64,000 nucleotides of DNA from the human T2T-CHM13v2.0 reference genome, Homo sapiens, in assembly GCF_009914755.1 (NCBI RefSeq), contig NC_060927.1. One strand, 5' to 3'. Of this stretch, positions 56,291 to 64,000 are shown piece by piece. Under the pieces are notes generated by a model, which was given only the letters and a program-made list of their open reading frames with translations, did no database searches and was not told where the DNA came from. Position 1 is the stretch's first letter; the number at the start of each line of letters is the position of its first letter. Both the position numbers and the translations under genes were made by a program.

Positions 56291-58959
56291 AGAGCAATAA
56301 CATTTTTTAAGAAAATAAATTTTGGTTATTTCCACTAATGGGACATAGAAAGGATTTTAAAACAGCTGGACTAAAGAAGGTTTAGACTAGACAGATAAAG
56401 TAAAAATAAAAATAAAATTATATACATATTCATTTTAGTCTTACTGAAATGTCAATCATCTTGTTGCCAATCTTCTTTTCCATTGGTTATTAACTTAAGT
56501 TCAACCAGAAGAAATCGCTTACCAAGGCCCTAATTTTGCCTGCTATTTTCCACAGTGTTGCAGAAAATCAAAGGCTTTCCTGCCCCTGTGCTTCCATTCT
56601 TGACTCTCTCTGATCGTATTCCCTCAGTGCCCTAATAAAACGCACTGAGGGAATAACTGTCACAATGTGCTTTATCCATTTCTTATCTTCCTCTTGCTAT
56701 TTACATCCTTGGGGCTTGGTTTAGCTTTATTAATCCCCTGAAACTACACATATTTCTTCCCACAAACTGCTTTTCTGAAACAGCAAGACTTGACTTGCCC
56801 TAAAGAAGCCAAAGAGACCATAGCACCAGGCATGAAAACAGAAAATGAAGAAGTTAATTTTTTAAATTCTGATAAAACTTCTTTTGAAGTGACCTTTCCA
56901 TGGATTGAACAAGAGCTCTCCTTCTTCATCTTGACATATGAACTTAGGGAGAATCAAAACTGTCCATTGCAGTCAAAGCTTTCAGAAGTTCTCCTTTTTT
57001 CTAGAAGTAAACTTTTAGTCACAACTAAGACTAGGTGCTTGTTGAGTGTGAGATCCTGAACCCCAAATATGCTTACTTTCTTGATTGCAATAGTTGTTTC
57101 CAATTATATCTGTTCACACTGGCTACACAGACAAAAAGATTCAATCTCCACATGTAGAATTTTGTTCCACAATGTAAGTTCTTCCTCCACCATGAAGCAA
57201 AATGACAGATTATTTACATTTGAGTCTGAACCAATTTAATTGCAACATTGCAGTGACAAGATGGTAAAACAGAAAGAAAGTAAACAGGCAAGCATACGTA
57301 GGTATGGCACTCATAGCTTCTAAAATTAAAAACACCACCCAAGACAATAGAAAGTGTAAGCTAATGATTATGCTGGACTGTGTCTTGAGTAGGCTTTCCT
57401 CTTTTCTTGGATCCAACTGATGAAGCTTGATAGAAGGGTAGACAGAGTGACAGCCCCATGGGGGAGATGCTAAAACTTGGGGCAAGAAGATAAAAATGCC
57501 CCCACTCCTCCCTACTTGCGCAGAAGTAGAAGCACAGGGAAAGAACAGGTGAGTTCCTCTAAACCAGTACTTTTTACAGTGTGGTCCACAGCCAGTGCAA
57601 GTTCTGCCAATGTGACTAATAAATTAAATGAGTTCAGGAATATGGAGGTAACCATTTAGACTTTTATAGGAACCTGAAAGAGTGGACTTTTGTCTGATGA
57701 ATTTAATTTTAAAAATATGACCTTGCATATTGCTTATTTGTTTTCTATCTCAGTTTTCAAGTATTTCATTTTAATTATGATTTACTAAATTATTGATCAA
57801 TAATAAGCTGGAAATAAAAAGGTCTGGTCCTTTCCTGCATACAGCACTCCTCCACATTCTAATACAATTGTTCTTTCAAGCATTGGACATGGGTGCCCTT
57901 TCACCTTTACAAAGAAGCTCCAGGAAACTTGTTATCTTTAACAAACCTTCAAGAGTAGAAGTTAAGAAATACTTATTCTCTCTTGTAATTTGCCAGTGTC
58001 TGCTCTGCAAATCTGTTTCCTGATGTAATTAACAAACTCACTGTCTTCTCTATGTAACTGTTCTTTCTTTTAGATTTGGCTTCATTCAGTTCACTTTTAC
58101 CAAATACACACCTAACAATTGACAGATACTATATTGCCCAGATCAAATATAAGATAGAATCTCTAACTGGTCTTCATAAGGCCTGTGTTTCTTTGTGTGG
58201 CGATTTTACACTGGGCCACATTCTAATGGGAAGATTAGCTAAGGTGCTAGCTATTCTTGAGTCAGATACTACCAATTTTAACAACTGTGGTAGAGAAGGG
58301 GCTGTAGTATTGCAAAGTACAGAGCAAGCATACCACCATGTAAGGAATTATTAGGATGTGACAAACATAGACATTTTAACTTAGTTACAGGTAACATGAT
58401 ATTGTGAGAACATAAATAAATACAAATAAAACTTGGATACACAGATATCACAACCTTCTTCATCTATGGATATTGCACCAAGTGAATTATTTCTGAATAA
58501 GATAAATCAAATAATTTCTTCTTCTAGAAAAGTGGTAGCTTGAAACAACCTCCAGGTATAATCCAATTAAAAATGCTGATTATCATTATTTTTAATCCTT
58601 TAAAGTGAATGAAAATACATTACTATGGAGAACTAAGTAGGAGCTGAAGCTGGAACCACCAGTAATACATGGTGGCTCAAGGCTTTGACTCAAATCCACC
58701 ACACAAAAGGGCACACAGAAGACAAGGCCTAGTATCCTAGACCAAGCTTGGTTAGTGACTCCCAGGAAAAGTAGTTCTCAAGGTGATAACTGCAGTTGGG
58801 TGAACTAGAAAGTAAAATGCCTCCAAAACATGCATGGGAGAAAAAGAAACAGATACAGAGAGAAAGTAAACAAGTCTAAGAATTTCTTAAACAAGAGAAA
58901 TAGTTCACGGAAGAGAAAACACAAATATGAAAAGTGATTAGTAAGTGGGAGAAAATAAA

Positions 58960-59690
58960 ATTATGAGGTAAAAATTCTACACTCAGATACCAAGAATTAA
59001 AATGTCATGGAAAAATTCTTAGCGTGTGTGTGGAATAACTGAAACACATCAATTGTTAGTGGATGAAGTTATTTATGTAACCATAATGAGAAACAACCTC
59101 GCATTATTTAGCAAATCTACAGATGTGAATATCATGTGGCCCAGCAATTCCATTCTTAGCTGTTTGCCCTGAAGAAAAGCGCAAGAGGATTCATGGCAGC
59201 ACCATTTGGAAGGGCCAGCCTTTGAAATAATCCAATTCTCTTTGACAGGAGAATAGATACATAAAATGTAGTAGCATTCATAATGGGATAGCAAACAGCA
59301 ATACAACTTAGATAAACACCTCATCCGTCAGTAACAATAGAAAACACAATATTAAATAAAAGAAACATAACACAGAATAATACACAGAATACAATTCTAC
59401 TTCTGCAAAGTTTATGAAGTATGCAAATTAGCAGTGTAGTGTTAGGGATGCATTGATACACAATAACACTATAAAGAAAAGCAAGAGAATGATAAACACA
59501 AAATTCAGAAACTGTGGGAGTCAGAAATGCAGACAAAATTGGAGAGAGGTAAATAGAAGGCTTTAAAGATATATATACTGCACTTCTATAAGCTGGGTGG
59601 TGAGCGTGAAAATTTTTTATTATTTTGAAACATACACATATAATATTTATATTTTTGTATGTATGATATGATTTACAACAATTTAAAACT
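58960..59690 (+). mobile_element. Ancient L1 (L1ME-like) 3' relic
   Basis: CCCAGCAATTCCATTCTTAG, GAATAGATACATAAAATGTAGTA, TAGTGTTAGGGATGCA. Confidence 0.6.
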
Positions 59691-61519
59691 ATCGAAGATG
59701 TGCACATTTAAAGAAACTAGAATACATATATATAAGAAAATTTATTTGTAATGTGAACACAACTTCAGAGTTCTGCCTTAAAACAAAGTTCTTGCCTTAT
59801 CTTTGCAAAACAGCACCAAGAAAATAACTTGTTAAACTATGTTGTATAATTAAAATCTCTGCATTGGATTATCATGAAAATGTTTAAAGAGTTATAGAAT
59901 TAGATGAATTAAACCATTCACATTTGCATGTAAATCTACAATGCTGCTTTTTAGAAGTAGTTACTAATTTTCCATTCTAATGATATCTAACTTGGTGATA
60001 ATTCTATACTTAGCCAACTTTCACTCAGTTTTTGTTAATCACCTTTCCATGTGTTTGAATACTGTATTTGATGAGAACAGGAAAGAAGCAAGCAGTATTA
60101 AACAGAAAGAATGAAAAGTTGATGACTGAATAGAAGCTTGTTTGAATGCTACAAATAATTGAAAACATATTCAAGAAGATGAAATTTGTTAAACAATAGT
60201 ACTGGATTCTTCCATTGAACATATTTGATTATATAACAATAAATGTTTTTCTAACTGGAATTTTGTTTTTATACTTTTTTATATTTGATTTTCTGTTTGA
60301 CACTGTGGAAAACATGATTATTTGTTTGAATGTATCTTGTTTTTCTCTGTTTCATGAATGGATATAGCTCTGTGAGATCCTTAGAAAGGGGAGAATATCA
60401 ATGTAATAAGTATTTTGCATCTACATCATAGATACAAACAATTTTTATATAATACATACATTAAAATTGCATTATTCTGAATTATAAAAGAGTAGGTCGA
60501 CATGGAGGTTATGATATTAAAGTGTTATAGAAATAAGAATATTGGAGAATAATTAGATGCTTAGGCAGCACAGTTAAAAGTAGAATTTTGTGGGATTTTT
60601 TTTCTTATTTTAGGATACATACCAACTTGTCAATTGCTAATGTAATTATAAGATTCATACATTTTACCTTTCAAAATCTAAAAATGATTGTCAAGGTGAA
60701 TTTTCTTCATCACATGAGATAATTTACAAAAATTAAGTAAATTCCAGGTTTATCATTTTGGAAGATGTCACTGATTAAATAGTTCAATGTTCTCATTTTT
60801 AAACAGGAACCATCTAAAACCTAAAGAACTCAGTTCAATTTTCTGATAGCATGACTGGGTTTCGTTTCACATGTCCTGCCATCTAGTTCACAGCTCTTTG
60901 ATCAATATTACATTCTGTCTTTATTTGGCCATAAGTTTTTCAGTCATGTGGTTCGGTATACCTTATAATGCTCATTGCTATAATCAGCAGTGACAGTAAT
61001 GTTTTGATGGAAGGTTTTCCATATCTTCCTAACAAGAATTCCACAACTTCTAGAAATAAATGTGTACTCATTTTGTAAAGTCCAGAACAACAGTTGTTTA
61101 CAATTTAAGCTAAATAATTTCATTAAATTTAAGATACAATTAAAGTAACAATACAAAATAGATTTAGTGAATGAAAAACACTGCTGCTATAGCAAAAATG
61201 ATCATTATATAATTCAAAATTTCAAGAGCACCATGTTAGATAAACATAGAAAGGTGTTCTGTGATTGATATAAATTTAGTAGTTTTAAATATGCATATGG
61301 TTACATATTTACCTGTACCCTTCCAGAAACCATAAATTAAGCCAATATTTTTAGAAAATTACTGTATAGTCAAAATCACTGATTTATTTGTTCTGATCTA
61401 ATAAATATTTACATTTTTAATTTTATTATAATTTTAATTTCATTTAATTTTTTTTAGACAGGATCCTGTTCTGTCACCCAGATAGCTCTACACTTGTGTA
61501 GAGATATCTAGGAAACAGA

Positions 61520-61891
61520 TATTTTGTTCATCTCAGGGCCACATTAAAATCAGTTTTCAAGTAGAACTATTAATAAGATATATTTTGGGGTAAGATACTT
61601 TGATTTCATACAGGGCCTGCTATCTGTCACGTGATGCTATACTAGAGTCAGGTTGGAATGTGATATCTTATTGCTACAAAAAGTCCATTTTGTCATTCTT
61701 AAGATCCCTGTTTTAATATTAATGCTGGAAATTTGTGCCTGAATTCCAAAGGGAGGAAAGTGTAATAAAGCATGTCCAATCCTCCTTTCTATCATGGCCT
61801 GAACTAGGTTTCTCCTGTTAATCTGTCTTATGTCAATTTAACCGAACTGGAGACCCTGAGAGAGTAGAGGTCAAGATTTGCCTCTCCTACA
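61520..61891. mobile_element. MER4-group LTR fragments (composite)
   Basis: GATGCTATACTAGAGTCAGGTTGGAAT...CATGGCCTGAACTAG (MER4-like, - strand) joined to TCCTGTTAATCTGTCTTATGTCAATTT...CTCCTACA (MER34/39-like 3' end). Confidence 0.6.
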
Positions 61892-62511
61892 CTTGCATGC
61901 TAAATATGTTTTATTTTTTCTATTTATAATAAATGACATGCTATCTTTTAAGTATTATTGTTTAGTGGTTTAATAGTAAATGTGTAAATAATAGAGCGAC
62001 TATAGGCAATTTTATTATTGTTTCAGAACATTTACTCTCCCTCCCAGTAAGAGGATTATATAACCCCACCAGTTGCCACATGACATTTAGGGCCCCCTCT
62101 GAAGTTACAAGTCCTCGCCCCCACTGCTTCAGTCCATAGCATTGTAGAGAATGTGACACACACCACAACTTTAGAGAATCTTAATAACCTTAATAACCAC
62201 TGTGCATTTCCACCCGTTCCTTTGCTGTTATTTCTTGCCATGAAAGCAAGCATGGATTCTATACTAAGACGTGAGGAATAGAATCACAACATATTCACAG
62301 CAACCAATTGCTAACATGAGAAATAAATTATTGTCTTGTAGGCTAATGAGATTCGGAGGATTTGTTAATGCAGCCTTATCCAGTAGAAGCTGGCAACTAC
62401 AGCTACATATAGATTTCTCTGTTATAACATATTTGGTATAAACACAAAAACAACTTAAGTGCAATTTTGTGCATCTCTAGAATCCAAAAGAACAACCTGT
62501 TTAGTAAGTAA

Positions 62512-63258
62512 TGTAATGGCCCAATGGGTTCACCTTGCCCCTCCCTAGACAAAGCCAATTTATCAAGGCAAGGGAATTGCAACAGAGAAAGAGTAATTCA
62601 TGCAAAAGCCAGCTGTGTGGGAGATTGGAGTTATATTATTACTCAAATCAGTCTCTCTAAAAACTCAGGGATTGGAGTTTTTAAGGTTAATTTGGCAGGT
62701 AGGGTCAAGGGAAGTGGGGATTGTTTGGTCAGGTTGGAGATGGAATCACAGGGGGTGGAAGTGTGTTCTTCTTGCTGTCTTCTGTTCATGGGTAAGATTG
62801 CAAAACTGGTTGAGCCAGATTACCGGTCTGGGCAGTGTTAACTGGTGTGTTGGAACACAGGGTTTGCAAAATGTCTCAAGCACTACACCTAAATTTTATA
62901 ACAGTGATGTTATTCCCAAGAACAATTGGGAGGCTCACACTCTTGCAGCCCGAGGCTACATGGCACCTAAACTGTAATTTCTAATCTTGTAGCTAATTTG
63001 TTAGTACTACAAAGACAGACTGGTCTCCAGGCAAGAAGGTTTGTTTTGTTTTGTTTTGTTTTGTTTTCTGGGAAAGGGCTATTACCAATTTTGTTTAAAA
63101 GTTAAACTGTAAACTAAATTCCTTCCCAAGGTTAGTTTGGCCTATGCCAGGAATAAACAAGTAGAGCTTATAGGTTAGAAGCAAGATGGGGTCTGTTAGG
63201 TCTGATCTTTTTTACTGTCATAATTTTCTCAGTTATAATTTTTGCAAAGGTGTTTTCA
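62512..63258 (-). mobile_element. LTR8-family solo LTR
   Basis: Reverse strand begins TGAAAACACCTTTGCAAAAATTATAACTGAG, contains CCATCTTGCTTCTAACC, ends GGGCAAGGTGAACCCATTGGGCCATTACA; flanks GTAA/CTAA. Confidence 0.88.
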
Positions 63259-64000
63259 CTAATAGGAATGTGCAAAAGGCTAGAAAAAGTAGTCTGAGTC
63301 ATAAATTTTAAAGGAAAGAGCATCTTTTATATTTTAAAATCTTATGATTATGTTAACATAAATACTATGATTTCAAAAGTATAACATCATTCTTGATATT
63401 GAGACATTATATTTCAAAATGCCTCAGATGCTAAAAACAAAATAACAAATTCAAAGGAAGAGTCATAGAAAGTAGTATCCTTCATGGTGTCTAGCAATGC
63501 TTGGAGCAAATGCAGCAACACCCAGTACTGGTTAAGAATGGGGCTTTTTGAGGCATTTTGTGGGCCAAGGGTTAGCAAGGAAAGGTACAGTGCCCTAATC
63601 TCTTATATTCTCTCAAGGGCCATAGAGACCAAGAGTGTGGTTTATTTTTGAGGAAAGGGGCATTACCTTACAAAAAAAAAAAAAAAAAAAAACAGAGTAG
63701 CAAATATGCAAGCATTAAAAAGAATAATTTTCTATCGGAAAAGTGCAGGTTTATTGGTGAGCATGGATTTAGGTTCCTGCTATTTGCTTATAGGAATTGC
63801 CTCAGAAAACCAGATGTCTCATGAGGATCTTGGGCCCCATAATTTGTGGAACTTGGGTGCCACATCTTCTTCTGGGAGAAATAGCCTTGGTTCCCAAATG
63901 GGTCATTGTCCAGGCAACTTAGAATGGTTTCCCAAGGTCACCATTAGACACATCTCCACAAAAATCAAGATGAGGGAGTGGGAGTTAGGGAAAATGTGGG

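Noticed and set aside
58122-58271. CAGATACTA direct repeat as a possible TSD
   Set aside because: No poly(A) tail, terminal repeats or recognisable insert between the copies

Overview
AT-rich, repeat-dense primate genomic DNA (human or a close relative; Alu, HERV-H, HERV-K LTR5 and THE1 are present). I find no intact protein-coding gene, RNA gene or CRISPR array. Best-supported features: (1) an intronless GM2A processed pseudogene (11461-13595) with poly(A) signal, A-rich tail and a degenerate 15-bp TSD; (2) a HERV-K(HML-2) LTR5-type solo LTR on the - strand (36165-37130, 6-bp TSD); (3) 280 bp from it, head-to-head, a two-LTR deleted-type HERV-H provirus (37411-43013, 5-bp TSD, tRNA-His PBS) whose 5' LTR lacks a 51-bp U3 repeat unit kept in the 3' LTR; (4) an old LTR-less ERV fragment with a decayed gamma-type env (~28000-29830); (5) a ~1.45-kb almost pure A/T array inside a MER31-like LTR; (6) a probable 5'-inverted old L1, plus many Alus, MaLRs, MIR/L2 and DNA-transposon relics. 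Subfamily names come from recalled consensus sequences and are less certain than class-level calls. I see no evidence of a new multi-gene system; the interesting signals are regulatory and evolutionary.
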